The notes: generated from the letters alone by a model not told the origin. Counted from the first letter of the stretch, positions 42,158 through 52,218 are shown. The stretch is 58,911 nucleotides of DNA from Microbacteriaceae bacterium (GCA_947444785.1 CANFBG010000001.1:1-58911); one strand, 5' to 3'. Made by a program: numbers and translations.

Positions 42158-42616
42158 CTAACCCGCGCGAAGCACCTGTGTGAGGGCGAGTCGGTAGGAG
42201 TCGAATCCGAAGCCCGCGATCACGCCGGTCGCGACTCCGGAGATAACGCTGGTGTGCCGGAACGTCTCCCGGGTGTGGGGGTTGGTGATGTGCACCTCGA
42301 TCAGCGGGATGCCCGCACTCGTCACGAGCGCCGCCGCATCGCGCAGGCCATACGAGTAGTGCGTGAAGGCCGCCGGGTTCAGAATCACCGGGGTGCGCGA
42401 GTCGACCGCTTCGTGCAGCCAGCCGATCAACTCGGCCTCGTCGTTCGTCTGGCGAAGATCAATGCCGACGCCGGCGGGGGCGTCACCGGTGAGCACCTCG
42501 CCGAGTGCTTTGAGGTCTTGGTAGCCGTAGACCTCGGGCTCACGGCTTCCCAGACGAGAAAGGTTCGGCCCGTTCAACACGAGCACATCGGTCACCGTGG
42601 GCATCTCTTGGGTCAT
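42158..42616 (-). CDS. aroQ: Type II 3-dehydroquinate dehydratase
   Basis: LNGPNL..LG.REP.VYG, NPAAFTH, EVHITN..RE.FRH.S; start approximate. Confidence 0.95.
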   Translation of the reverse strand: MTQEMPTVTDVLVLNGPNLSRLGSREPEVYGYQDLKALGEVLTGDAPAGVGIDLRQTNDEAELIGWLHEAVDSRTPVILNPAAFTHYSYGLRDAAALVTSAGIPLIEVHITNPHTRETFRHTSVISGVATGVIAGFGFDSYRLALTQVLRAG

Positions 42617-42642
42617 GAAAGACGAGTGTACCGAAGTGGCGT

Positions 42643-43071
42643 CTAGAACCTCGGCAGTACCTGCGCCCGCATTCTGCGAACCCCTCTGGAGTGCAGCAGG
42701 AAGACGCCGATGAGAGGAACCCCGGCGGCCTCCCCGGCAGCAAAGACCGCCTCGGCCCACAGCTCGTCGAACGCATGAGGCCGGGATTCCCCGGGCCGCT
42801 CGAGCACGACGGCGAGACCGCCGTGGGCATCGGGCAGGGAAAGCCTCGCACCCAGATCACCGAGGAGAAGGTTCAGCGTCTCGGAATCGGGTGAGGCCGG
42901 CAAATCGTCGAGGGTCACGATCATCGGAAGCTGGATCCCGAAACCATCCACCAGCAGCACAGACAGACAACGTTCGGAGGCGAAACCAAGGAGCTGCAGG
43001 ATACGCCGCCTGAAGTCAGCCTCGGTCAGAAGCGGCGTCGACGGGCTTTCTTCATCCTCAGCGGTATTCAT
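42643..43071 (-). CDS. Hypothetical protein (possible degenerate RadC/JAB-like fold)
   Basis: Co-oriented 142-aa ORF filling the aroB-aroQ gap; VVLERPG..D..W..GVPLIGVFLLH pattern. Confidence 0.65.
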   Translation of the reverse strand: MNTAEDEESPSTPLLTEADFRRRILQLLGFASERCLSVLLVDGFGIQLPMIVTLDDLPASPDSETLNLLLGDLGARLSLPDAHGGLAVVLERPGESRPHAFDELWAEAVFAAGEAAGVPLIGVFLLHSRGVRRMRAQVLPRF

Positions 43072-43152
43072 GCCCCAAGAGTGCGGCGAATTCCTTCGTC
43101 ACGTCCGAATCACTCCCCAACGAGGCCCTCCAATCCTCAACAGGCAGCGAAC

Positions 43153-44247
43153 CTAGGAACCGATCTCCTGGTACGCCGCGAACAGCAGCGAGGTATCCGG
43201 GCCGGTCAGTACGCTCGGCTTTGCGATGTCGTCCAGCACGATGAAGCGCAGCATGCTGCCGCGGGCCTTCTTGTCGCGCTGCATCGATGCAAGCAGCGTC
43301 TGCCAGCGCCCGACCGGATACTCGGTGGGCAACGTCAGCGACTTCAGGATGCTCCGGTGCCGATCGACGACCTCATCCGACAGCGAGCCCGTAAGCCGGC
43401 TGAGTTCCGCGGCGAACACCAGACCGACAGAAACGGCTGCACCGTGCCGCCACGAATAGCGCTCGGCGTGCTCAATGGCGTGGGCCAGGGTGTGCCCGTA
43501 GTTCAGGATCTCCCGCTGGCCCTTCTCGGTGAAGTCCTCGCCGACGACCCGGGCCTTGATCTCGATGCAGAGCTCGACGATGCGTCGGAACTCGGGCGAC
43601 TCCGGGTCGGTGGCAACGTCGACGTCAGCCTCGATGATGTCGAGGATCTCCGGCTCAGCGATGAAGCCGTACTTCACAACCTCGCCGAAGCCGGCCAGGA
43701 TCTCGTTTCGGGGCAGCGTCTTCAGCATGTCGAGGTCGACGATGACGCGCGCCGGGGCGTAGAACGCGCCGACCAGGTTCTTGCCCTCGGCGGTGTTGAT
43801 GCCGGTCTTGCCACCGATCGCCGCGTCCACCATGCCGAGAAGCGTCGTGGGGATCTGGATGAGGCGAACGCCCCGAAGCCAGGTCGCGGCCACGAAACCG
43901 GCCAGATCGGTGGTCGCCCCGCCGCCGAGGCCGACGACCGCATCCGAGCGCGTGAAGTCGCTCTGCCCCATCACGCCCCAGCAGAAGGCGGCGACCTCGA
44001 CGCGCTTGCCGGCCTCGGAGTCCGGGACCTCGGCGAGGAGAACCTCGAGGCGCTCGCTCTGCAGGTTCTCCCGAAGCCGTCCTGCGAGGGCAGCAAGGGA
44101 CGGGGTGTGCACGACGAGCACCTTTCGCGCCCCCTGGCCGATCGCCTCGGTGAGGCCACCCAGCAGGTCGCGCCCGACGACGATGTCATAGGGCTGAACC
44201 CCGGTGACGGTGATCGTGGTGGTATCGCTCGGAATACTGGCAGTCAT
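43153..44247 (-). CDS. aroB: 3-dehydroquinate synthase
   Basis: GGGATTDLAGF, PTTLL, GGKTGIN, GKNLVG, LNYGHT. Confidence 0.97.
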   Translation of the reverse strand: MTASIPSDTTTITVTGVQPYDIVVGRDLLGGLTEAIGQGARKVLVVHTPSLAALAGRLRENLQSERLEVLLAEVPDSEAGKRVEVAAFCWGVMGQSDFTRSDAVVGLGGGATTDLAGFVAATWLRGVRLIQIPTTLLGMVDAAIGGKTGINTAEGKNLVGAFYAPARVIVDLDMLKTLPRNEILAGFGEVVKYGFIAEPEILDIIEADVDVATDPESPEFRRIVELCIEIKARVVGEDFTEKGQREILNYGHTLAHAIEHAERYSWRHGAAVSVGLVFAAELSRLTGSLSDEVVDRHRSILKSLTLPTEYPVGRWQTLLASMQRDKKARGSMLRFIVLDDIAKPSVLTGPDTSLLFAAYQEIGS

Positions 44248-44756
44248 TTGGTCTCCTCAGAGGCACGTGTGCGTGCCCAGTCTGCAATCTCGTCGGCGAC
44301 CTCGCGGGTCGGCCGGTTGGATGTGTCACTGGTGAAATCGGCCAGGCGCTCGTACGTCTCACGGCGCGCATCGACGAGCGCCTGCCAGTCCGCAAGGCTC
44401 GTCACGAGCGGCCGCTTTCCGTTGTTGAGGCGGTCACGAACGACATCGCCATGAACGTCGAGAAGCACGACCCACGTGTTCGCAAGCCGCTTGAGATCGG
44501 CCTGGGTACTGGCATCCATGACCGCACCCCCGCCGAAGGCGATGATGCCATCCCCCGCAAGGGCTTGAACGACCTGCTCCCGCTCCAGCGAGCGGAAGAA
44601 CGGCTCGCCGTGCACGGCGAATATCTCGGGAATCGGACCGTTCTCGGCGACGATCTTGGCATCTGTATCCGTGAACTGCAGTCCCAGGTCCCGCGCAAGG
44701 CGCTTGCCGATGCGTGTCTTGCCAGCGGCCGGGGGGCCAATCAGAACTATCCGCAC
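44244..44756 (-). CDS. aroK: Shikimate kinase
   Basis: GPPAAGKT, DTD, GEPFFR, GGG, RPL. Confidence 0.95.
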   Translation of the reverse strand: MRIVLIGPPAAGKTRIGKRLARDLGLQFTDTDAKIVAENGPIPEIFAVHGEPFFRSLEREQVVQALAGDGIIAFGGGAVMDASTQADLKRLANTWVVLLDVHGDVVRDRLNNGKRPLVTSLADWQALVDARRETYERLADFTSDTSNRPTREVADEIADWARTRASEETK

Positions 44757-44768
44757 TCCGGCAGCCCG

Positions 44769-45998
44769 CTACTCGCCCGAGGCAGGAACATCGTTCGGGT
44801 CGGCGCGCACGCTGCCCGTCTTCAATCCCGCGGGGATGTTCTCGAGGTAGGACAGGAGGTTGCGGCGGGTCTCGGGGACCGAGTCGCCGCCGAACTTCTC
44901 GAGTACCGAGTTGGCCAGAACCAGGGCCACCATCGCCTCGGCCACGACACCGGCGGCGGGAACGGCACAGACGTCCGAGCGCTGGTGGTGGGCCGGAGCA
45001 GGCTCGCTCGTCGCCACGTCGACCGTGCGAAGCGCGTGGGGAATGGTGGCGATGGGCTTCATGCCGGCACGAACGCGCAGAACGGTACCCGTGCTCATGC
45101 CGCCCTCGGTGCCACCCGCCTTGTCGCTCGAGCGATTGATCTCGGCACCGATCTGGAAGAGCTCGTCGTGAGCCTCTGAGCCACGACGGGTCGTCGTGAG
45201 GAACCCGTCGCCGACCTCGACGCCCTTGATTGCCTGGATGCCCATCAGTGCGGCCGCGAGCTGGGAGTCGAGTCGACGATCCCAGTGCACGTGCGAACCG
45301 AGTCCGGGCGGGAGGCCGTACGCGAGCACCTCGACAACGCCGCCCAGGGTGTCGCCGTCCTTGTGCGCGCCGTCGACCTCAGCGACCATCAGGGCGCTCG
45401 TCGCGGCGTCGAAGCAGCGCAGGGGATCGGCATCGAGCGCGGCGACGTGCTCCGGACGGGGCAGGTCGCTGCCCTCCGGCACGCGTACCGGCCCGATGGA
45501 GAGCGTATGACTGACCAATTGGATGCCGAGCTCGGCAAGGAAGGACCGGGCGATGGCACCGAGGGCCACTCGCGCGGCCGTCTCGCGGGCACTGGCCCGC
45601 TCGAGCACGTTGCGAGCCTCGTCGAAGCCATACTTCTGCATTCCCACGAGGTCTGCGTGACCGGGCCTGGGGCGCGTCAGAGGCGCTCCCCTGCCAGAGG
45701 ACAGGGCCGTCTCCGAGACGGGGTCGGGGCTCATCACGTCGACCCATTTGGGCCACTCGGTGTTGCCGATCCTCAGCGCGATGGGGCTGCCGAGGGTGAA
45801 GCCGTGGCGCACCCCGGCCGAGAGGGTGAGCTCATCCTGCTCGAACTTCATCCGGGCACCGCGACCGTAGCCGAGCTTGCGCCGGGCGAGGTCCTCGCGG
45901 ATAGCGTCGACCGTGATCGGGATGCCCGCGGGCAGTCCCTCGATGGTCGCGATGAGTTCCGGGCCGTGGGATTCTCCAGCGGTGAGCCAACGAAGCAT
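44769..45998 (-). CDS. aroC: Chorismate synthase
   Basis: [33 protein letters not shown]; ATG at 45998. Confidence 0.97.
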   Translation of the reverse strand: MLRWLTAGESHGPELIATIEGLPAGIPITVDAIREDLARRKLGYGRGARMKFEQDELTLSAGVRHGFTLGSPIALRIGNTEWPKWVDVMSPDPVSETALSSGRGAPLTRPRPGHADLVGMQKYGFDEARNVLERASARETAARVALGAIARSFLAELGIQLVSHTLSIGPVRVPEGSDLPRPEHVAALDADPLRCFDAATSALMVAEVDGAHKDGDTLGGVVEVLAYGLPPGLGSHVHWDRRLDSQLAAALMGIQAIKGVEVGDGFLTTTRRGSEAHDELFQIGAEINRSSDKAGGTEGGMSTGTVLRVRAGMKPIATIPHALRTVDVATSEPAPAHHQRSDVCAVPAAGVVAEAMVALVLANSVLEKFGGDSVPETRRNLLSYLENIPAGLKTGSVRADPNDVPASGE

Positions 45999-46124
45999 GA
46001 GGGAATTGTTCCTGAACGCGCGGCCCGCCATCATGGGCGGGAAGGACGGCTTCATCCGTCAGATTCACCGGAGAAGTATGCGATTCGATCTTCCCACAGA
46101 TCGAATCAGGTCAAGGACGACGCG

Positions 46125-47039
46125 TTACACCCGTCCGGAAAACAGGCCGCGGGAGTCGAGGCCGACGGCGGCCTGCATGGCGGCGAGCACGGCGTCCTCG
46201 TCGGGCAGGGGTGCGAACGGGTCGCCAGCGACGAAAATCCTGATCTGGATCAGCGCCTGCTGCACGAGCATGGCCAGCCCGGAGAGCGCCAGCCCGTCGT
46301 TCTCGGCCCACAGCCCGGCCAGTGCGCTCGGCCACGGGTGGTAGGCGACATCCAGCAATGCGGACGATGCGGGAAGGTGCGTCGCCCGCAGCAACTCCGA
46401 CGGATCCGCGTCGCCCGGCAGCGTGCTGATCACCAGCCCGGCCCTCAGGCCGGCCAGGGACTCCGCCGACAGGGGAAGGATGTCGAGCGCAGTTCCGGAA
46501 TTCCTGGCCACCTCTCGCAGAAAGGATGCCCGTTCCGGCGAACGGGCCAGTACGGTGACCCTCTCGGCACCCAGCTGCGCGGCGGCGACAAGGGCTGACG
46601 CGGCCGTGGCTCCGCCGCCCAGGATGATCGTGTCAACGCTCCTGTGGATCCCCGCAGCGGTCAACGCCCGAACGATCCCCGGGACGTCTGTATTGAACCC
46701 CAGCAGACTCCTCGCCCCGTCCTCGCCTACAACGATGAGCACCGTGTTCGCGCCGCCCGTCAACACGCCCAGCTCGTCCACCTGCGACAGACATGGCACG
46801 ACATCCTGTTTCAGCGGCATCGTCAGGGACAGACCCCGCCAGGAGTCATCGAGCTCCGCCAGGAACTGCGGCAGACGGTCGCCCGTCATGTCAACGGCGT
46901 CGTAGGTCCAATCCAGGCCGAGCACCGCATAACCGGCGCGGTGCAGCACAGGCGACAGGGAATGACCGATGGGCGAACCCAAGACGGCGAGCCGGGTCGT
47001 GGCTGCGCGGGACGCGGCGAACCCGCTACTGGTATTCAG
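46125..47039 (-). CDS. aroE: Shikimate dehydrogenase (start codon unclear)
   Basis: AVLGSPIGHSLSP.LH, SLTMPLK, NTD, GGGATA, ML..QA. Confidence 0.92.
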   Translation of the reverse strand: MNTSSGFAASRAATTRLAVLGSPIGHSLSPVLHRAGYAVLGLDWTYDAVDMTGDRLPQFLAELDDSWRGLSLTMPLKQDVVPCLSQVDELGVLTGGANTVLIVVGEDGARSLLGFNTDVPGIVRALTAAGIHRSVDTIILGGGATAASALVAAAQLGAERVTVLARSPERASFLREVARNSGTALDILPLSAESLAGLRAGLVISTLPGDADPSELLRATHLPASSALLDVAYHPWPSALAGLWAENDGLALSGLAMLVQQALIQIRIFVAGDPFAPLPDEDAVLAAMQAAVGLDSRGLFSGRV

Positions 47040-48288
47040 GATGATCCGCCCACCACTTCTGCAATAGCAGGACCGCCGCCTCGTGCTCCGCAATCGTCTC
47101 GGAGAACACCGTCTCCCCGGTCTCGAGGTTGATCGTCACGAAGAACAGCCATGGACCATCGGCCGGATGAAGGGCGGCATTGATCGCGGCATCGCCCGGG
47201 TTGCCGATCGGGCCGATAGGCAGGCCGGGGTTTGCGTAGGTGTTGTACTTGTTCGAGGCGTCCTGCCGCTCGGCGTTCGTCGTCGCGACCCGGCTGTGCC
47301 CGGCGCCATAGGCGACGGTCGCATCCGACTCGAGATTCATGCCGATGTTCAGTCGATTGGTGAAGACTCGCGAGACCTTCAGCATGTCGGCGGCACTGCC
47401 CGCCTCCTTCTGAATGAGGGCGGCCAACGTTACGACATGGAAACGGTCCGCCGGGGCAACTCCCGCGGCGTCCAGCGACTGGAACATGCGGCTGACCATC
47501 GTCTGCAGCATGTCCGTGGCCGTCTGGCCGGGCTGGAAGTCGTAGGTCGCGGGGAAAAGGAAGCCCTCGATGCTGGGCGCCTCGGCGGGAACGCCCAGGG
47601 CCGCGTAGTTCTTGCCGGCCGCCTCAAAATCGGTAATCGGCAATCCGGTCGCCTTGGCCAGTGCGGTATAGATATCCGAGGCGCTGTTGCCCTCCGGGAT
47701 CGTCACCTTGTAGTCCACCCGACTTGCCGGGTTCTCCAGGGCCGAAAGGGCGGCCTGGGCGCTCATGCCAGAAGCCAAAGTGTAGGTCCCGACCTGGAAC
47801 ACGGGGGCCGGGCTCTGCGTGAGCAGGAGTTTGTAGAAGGTCTGGGACGACTTCACGATGCCCGCGGCCGCCAGCTTGTCTCCCACTGTCGAGCCGACGT
47901 CGCCATCCTCGATGCGGAACTGCACCGTGCCGGTCCCGGAGCCGGTGAAGTCCTCCGCCGCCGGCACAGCCAGGAAATTGGTGATCTGGGTGGCGAAGGC
48001 GTTGTAGGCGAAGGCCCCGCCGCCACCGACGAGACCGAGCACGACCACGGTGACGATGACCGGGCGGAGCCATGATCGACGGGGTCCTCGGGGCTCATGG
48101 GGGGCCGAATTATCGGCCGAGTGATCGGCGACGTGATGGGCGCCGGCCTCCCGCCTGCGCAGCTCTGCGCGAGTCTGAGGCGCCGGTGCAACGTCGGACG
48201 GGACAACTTCGTCCCGCAGGAATTCAGCGAACGGGTTGTTCTCCGGAGCCTTATCCGGCGGCTGGGGGTCAGTCAAGGATTCTCTCAC
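47026..48288 (-). CDS. mltG: Endolytic transglycosylase MltG
   Basis: N-terminal TM, VTIPEG, EGFLFPATY, LIQKE, YNTY..PGLP.GPI.NPG; start may be TTG at 48276. Confidence 0.93.
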   Translation of the reverse strand: MRESLTDPQPPDKAPENNPFAEFLRDEVVPSDVAPAPQTRAELRRREAGAHHVADHSADNSAPHEPRGPRRSWLRPVIVTVVVLGLVGGGGAFAYNAFATQITNFLAVPAAEDFTGSGTGTVQFRIEDGDVGSTVGDKLAAAGIVKSSQTFYKLLLTQSPAPVFQVGTYTLASGMSAQAALSALENPASRVDYKVTIPEGNSASDIYTALAKATGLPITDFEAAGKNYAALGVPAEAPSIEGFLFPATYDFQPGQTATDMLQTMVSRMFQSLDAAGVAPADRFHVVTLAALIQKEAGSAADMLKVSRVFTNRLNIGMNLESDATVAYGAGHSRVATTNAERQDASNKYNTYANPGLPIGPIGNPGDAAINAALHPADGPWLFFVTINLETGETVFSETIAEHEAAVLLLQKWWADHPEYQ

Positions 48289-48330
48289 CCTCAGATTTGG
48301 GGCACAGTGTGCCGGGTTGACCTCGGCCGC

Positions 48331-48786
48331 TCAGACGGCAATGCCGGGGGGATTTCCGGACGCTCGCTCACTGTCAAGCGCCTGCTGAAGAAGTATAACG
48401 GCGGCGACCTGATCGATGACTGGTCGCGAGCTCTTGGTTGTCCGACCGTTTGCATGCAGCGCGCTCTGCGCAGAGACCGTCGTGAGCCGCTCGTCGATCA
48501 TCCTGGTGGGCAGGCCGACCGCAACGGCCAGCCGCTCCGCAAAGCCGCTCGCATCCTCGGTCGACGCGGTGCGCGCGCCGGATAGGGCCAATGGCAGCCC
48601 CACAATGATCTCCACAACCTCGAGCTCGGCACAGATTTCACCCAGCCGCACAAGGTCGGACCCTCCCGTTGTCGACCGGGGAACGGTCTCCACCGGGGTG
48701 GCAAGCATGCCGTGCAGATCGCTGCGGGCAACTCCGATGCGAACCTTGCCCACATCGACGCCGAGCCGCACACCGGTTCTCATCAA
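48331..48786 (-). CDS. ruvX: RuvX/YqgF nuclease
   Basis: LGVDVGKVRIGVA, VGLP, DERLTT, DQVAA..LL. Confidence 0.94.
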   Translation of the reverse strand: MMRTGVRLGVDVGKVRIGVARSDLHGMLATPVETVPRSTTGGSDLVRLGEICAELEVVEIIVGLPLALSGARTASTEDASGFAERLAVAVGLPTRMIDERLTTVSAQSALHANGRTTKSSRPVIDQVAAVILLQQALDSERASGNPPGIAV

Positions 48787-48799
48787 CTCGGCCGCCGGC

Positions 48800-51457
48800 C
48801 TAGGCGCCGACGCTCAGGGTGATCGCCGCCAGGGCCGCGTCGATCGCAGACACATCGGTGCCCCCGCCCTGGGCGAGGTCGTCCTTTCCGCCGCCGCCGC
48901 CGCCGAGAATTCTCGCGGCCTCCCTGGCAAGGGATCCGGCCTTGGCACCCAGGGTGCGGGCCGCATCGTTCGTTGCGACGATCACGACGGGCTTCTCCGC
49001 CACCGTTGCGGCCAGGGCGACAACGCCCGCGGCCGCGCCAAGGCGCTCCCGCACGCTGATGACGAGGGAGCGAAGCTCGTCGGCAGACTTGAGCTCGCCC
49101 GCATTGGCGGCCACAAGCCGCTGGCTGCCGACGGTTCGAGCCTGGTCCACGAGTGCCGGCACCCGCTGGGTGAGGGCGCTCGCCTCGTAGGCCGCGATCT
49201 TCTTCTCGGCGGTCTTGAGGTTGGCCATCAGATCGGCGATGCGGTTCGTCACCTCGTCGCGGGGGGCGCGAAGGGTGCTCGTGAGCTGGGAGACGATGCT
49301 GCGCTCGGTCGCGAAGTCGCGGAACGCCTCGATCCCCACCAGGGACTCGACACGACGCGTCGTTGAGCCGATGGAGGACTCCCCCAGAAGATTGATCATG
49401 CCGATCTGCGAGCTGCGGGAGACGTGGGTTCCTGCACAGAGTTCTCGTGAGAACGGACCGCCGATGTCGACGACCCGGACGATCTCGCCGTACTTCTCCC
49501 CGAACAGGGCCATCGCCCCGAGGGACTTCGCCTCGTCCAGCGGCAGCTCCCGTGTGACGACCTCGAGATCGGATCGGATGGCGATGTTCGCGATCTCCTC
49601 GATCTCCGAGCGCGTCGCGGGCGACAGCGGCTGGTTCCAGGTGAAGTCGAGACGCAGGAAGCCCGCCTTGTTGTAGGAGCCCGCCTGATGAGCGGTCTCG
49701 CCGAGCACCTGGCGGAGAGCCGCGTGAACGAGGTGGGTCCCCGAGTGGGCCTGGGTGGCGCCGCGGCGCCAGTCAACGTCGACGATGCTCGTGGCAGAGT
49801 CTCCGACGGAAACCTGGCCGGAGCTCACCTGCACCCGGTGACTGATGAGCCCCTTCACGGGCTTCTGAACGTCGTGCACCTCGAGCTCGAAGCCGTCGCC
49901 GACGATGACGCCTGCGTCCGCCTCCTGCCCACCGGACTCGGCGTAGAGCGAGGTCTCGCCGAGGATGACCTCCACGTTCTCCCCCGCGACCGCGCTGGCC
50001 ACCGACACGCCGTTGATGATGAGCCCCAGGATGCGCGACTGCGACTCAAGGGCGTCGTAGCCGTGGAAGACCGTCTCGCCCATCGCCCGGAACTCGGAGT
50101 AGACGCCGAGGTCGGTGATGCCGAGCTTCTTGTTCTTGGCGTCGGCCTTGGCCCGCTGCTTCTGTTCACTCATGAGCGACTCGAAGGCCACGCGGTCGAC
50201 GGCGATGCCGGCCTCCTCTGCCATCTCCATGGTGAGGTCGATCGGGAACCCATAGGTGTCGTGCAGGAGGAAGGCGGTGTCGCCTGCCAGCGTGGTGGCA
50301 CCCTCCGTCTTTGTCCGGTTCACCGCGAGGTCGAGGATGTTGGTTCCCCCGCTGAGCGTGCGAAGGAATGACTCCTCCTCGGCAACGGCAGAGCGGAAGA
50401 TGCGGTCGTAGTCGGCCTCGACCTCGGGGTAGGCGTCCTTCATCGCGTCACGCGAGGCCGGAAAGAGGTCAGGGAAGACGGCCGAGTCGACTCCCAGAAG
50501 GCGCATCGAACGTACGGAGCGTCGCAGCAGGCGGCGCAGGATGTAGCCTCGGCCCTCGTTGCTGGGCGTGACGCCATCCGACATCAGCATCAGGGCGCTG
50601 CGAACGTGGTCGGCGACCACGCGCATCCTGACGTCGTCGTCGTGGTCAGCGCCGTAGCGGCGGCCGGAGATCTCGGAGGCACGGTCAAGGACCGGGCGAA
50701 CCTGATCGATCTCGTACAGGTTCTCGACGCCCTGCTTGAGGAATGCGACCCGCTCGAGGCCCATGCCGGTGTCGATGTTGCGGCTCGGCAGGTCGCCGAG
50801 GATGGGGAAGTCGTTCTTGCCCGTGCCCTCGCCGCGCAGGTACTGCATGAAGACGAGGTTCCAGATCTCGATGTATCGGTTGTCGTCGGCGGCTGGGCCG
50901 CCCTCCTTGCCGTACTTCGGGCCGCGGTCGAAGAAGATCTCCGAGCAGGGTCCGGCGGGGCCGGGCAGCCCGGTAGACCAGTAGTTGGAGTCCATGCCCA
51001 TGCGCTGGATGCGGTGATCCGGAAGCCCGGCGGTCTCTTTCCAGAACTGGATCGCCTCGTCATCGTCCTCGTAGACCGTGACCCAGAGGTCCTTCTCCTC
51101 AAAGCCCAGGCCGCCATCGGCCTCGCTCGTCGTGAGGAGCTCCCAGGCGAACTCGATCGCCTCTTTCTTGAAGTAGTCCCCGAACGAGAAGTTGCCGTTC
51201 ATCTGGAAGAACGTGCCGTGGCGAGTGGTCTTGCCGACCTCTTCGATGTCCAGGGTACGGATGCATTTCTGCACGCTGGTGGCCCGGGCGAAGGGCGGCG
51301 GGACGAGGCCGGTGAGGTAGGGGATGAAGGGAACCATGCCCGCGACGGTGAAGAGCAGCGTCGGGTCGTCGCTGACCAGGGAAGCGCTGGGAACAACGAC
51401 ATGGTCCCGGGCAGCGAAGTAGTCAAGCCAGCGGCGGCGAATTTCAGCGGTTTGCAT
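48800..51457 (-). CDS. alaS: Alanine--tRNA ligase
   Basis: TLLFTVAGM, EIWNLVFMQ, DTGMGLER, HSGTH, ELCAGTH, GGGGGK; ATG at 51457. Confidence 0.98.
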   Translation of the reverse strand: MQTAEIRRRWLDYFAARDHVVVPSASLVSDDPTLLFTVAGMVPFIPYLTGLVPPPFARATSVQKCIRTLDIEEVGKTTRHGTFFQMNGNFSFGDYFKKEAIEFAWELLTTSEADGGLGFEEKDLWVTVYEDDDEAIQFWKETAGLPDHRIQRMGMDSNYWSTGLPGPAGPCSEIFFDRGPKYGKEGGPAADDNRYIEIWNLVFMQYLRGEGTGKNDFPILGDLPSRNIDTGMGLERVAFLKQGVENLYEIDQVRPVLDRASEISGRRYGADHDDDVRMRVVADHVRSALMLMSDGVTPSNEGRGYILRRLLRRSVRSMRLLGVDSAVFPDLFPASRDAMKDAYPEVEADYDRIFRSAVAEEESFLRTLSGGTNILDLAVNRTKTEGATTLAGDTAFLLHDTYGFPIDLTMEMAEEAGIAVDRVAFESLMSEQKQRAKADAKNKKLGITDLGVYSEFRAMGETVFHGYDALESQSRILGLIINGVSVASAVAGENVEVILGETSLYAESGGQEADAGVIVGDGFELEVHDVQKPVKGLISHRVQVSSGQVSVGDSATSIVDVDWRRGATQAHSGTHLVHAALRQVLGETAHQAGSYNKAGFLRLDFTWNQPLSPATRSEIEEIANIAIRSDLEVVTRELPLDEAKSLGAMALFGEKYGEIVRVVDIGGPFSRELCAGTHVSRSSQIGMINLLGESSIGSTTRRVESLVGIEAFRDFATERSIVSQLTSTLRAPRDEVTNRIADLMANLKTAEKKIAAYEASALTQRVPALVDQARTVGSQRLVAANAGELKSADELRSLVISVRERLGAAAGVVALAATVAEKPVVIVATNDAARTLGAKAGSLAREAARILGGGGGGKDDLAQGGGTDVSAIDAALAAITLSVGA

Positions 51458-51543
51458 GGTGTCCGTTTTTGATAGGTGGCGACGCGATAGAACGTCGCGA
51501 ATAGCAGGATGAAAAAGTAGTCGCGGCCCGAAAGGCCAGCAGT

Positions 51544-51573
51544 GTTCTCTAGAGCTCGGTTCTCTAGAGCTCG
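51544..51573. repeat. Perfect 15-bp tandem duplication
   Basis: GTTCTCTAGAGCTCG twice, including the stop codon of the upstream small gene. Confidence 0.9.
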
Positions 51574-51758
51574 TCAGAGATGACCGAGCGGATTTCTGCC
51601 TCACGCTCGTGGTAGCCATTCACGACAGAGTCGCCGATCAGCTTGGTCTTCGCGTTGAGGTCCTCGAAGAATTTCTTGCCCTGGGCCGTTTTGTTCGTCT
51701 CATGAGCGACGACGAAGCCGATTCCGATTCCGACGACCAGCCACAGTACGTTCTTCAT
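51564..51758 (-). CDS. Small membrane protein (DUF6167/YtxH-like)
   Basis: N-terminal hydrophobic WLVVGIGIGFVVAH and amphipathic tail; SD AAGGAA. Confidence 0.75.
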   Translation of the reverse strand: MKNVLWLVVGIGIGFVVAHETNKTAQGKKFFEDLNAKTKLIGDSVVNGYHEREAEIRSVISDEL

Positions 51759-51803
51759 TTCGTATTCCTTGTCTCGACGTGTTCGATCAATCCATCAAAA
51801 AGT

Positions 51804-52196
51804 TTACCGTGCCGAGCTACGACGACTCTTTCTCCCCGGCTTCTTTTCGGGCGCGAAGCTCAGGATGCCGGCTCGGACCGCTGCGGTGAATCCCGCGATC
51901 TTGATGAGGGGGCCTCCGACGGAAGCGGCGAACAGCGCCACGAGGGACGACACGTTGCCCGTTACATCGGCCACGTTCGTCGTGATGACGTCGACCTGGG
52001 CCAGCTGCTTGTTGGTCTCCTGGATGGTCACGGTCGACTCACGGAGGACCGGCTTGATTCCGTCACTGAGGTCCTTGATGGCCGTTCGGGTCTCGTCCAG
52101 CACTCCGCCCAACTTCAGCAACGGTACGGCCAACAGACCGACGAGCACCGCGAAAACTCCTGCGGCGATCAATCCGGCAATATCTCCACCTGACAT
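51804..52196 (-). CDS. DUF948 family membrane protein
   Basis: MSGGDIAGLIAAG, TM helix plus coiled coil, GGPLIKIA. Confidence 0.85.
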   Translation of the reverse strand: MSGGDIAGLIAAGVFAVLVGLLAVPLLKLGGVLDETRTAIKDLSDGIKPVLRESTVTIQETNKQLAQVDVITTNVADVTGNVSSLVALFAASVGGPLIKIAGFTAAVRAGILSFAPEKKPGRKSRRSSAR

Positions 52197-52218
52197 GGAC
52201 TTCCTTTCGAGTAAAGAC

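Noticed and set aside
46024-46060. Dual hexaloop hairpins as an ANTAR (PdtaR) target
   Set aside because: Loops do not both fit the A1/G4 pattern on either strand, and the linker is only 3 nt
51458-51543. T-box leader for alaS
   Set aside because: Only short hairpins; no T-box consensus and too short
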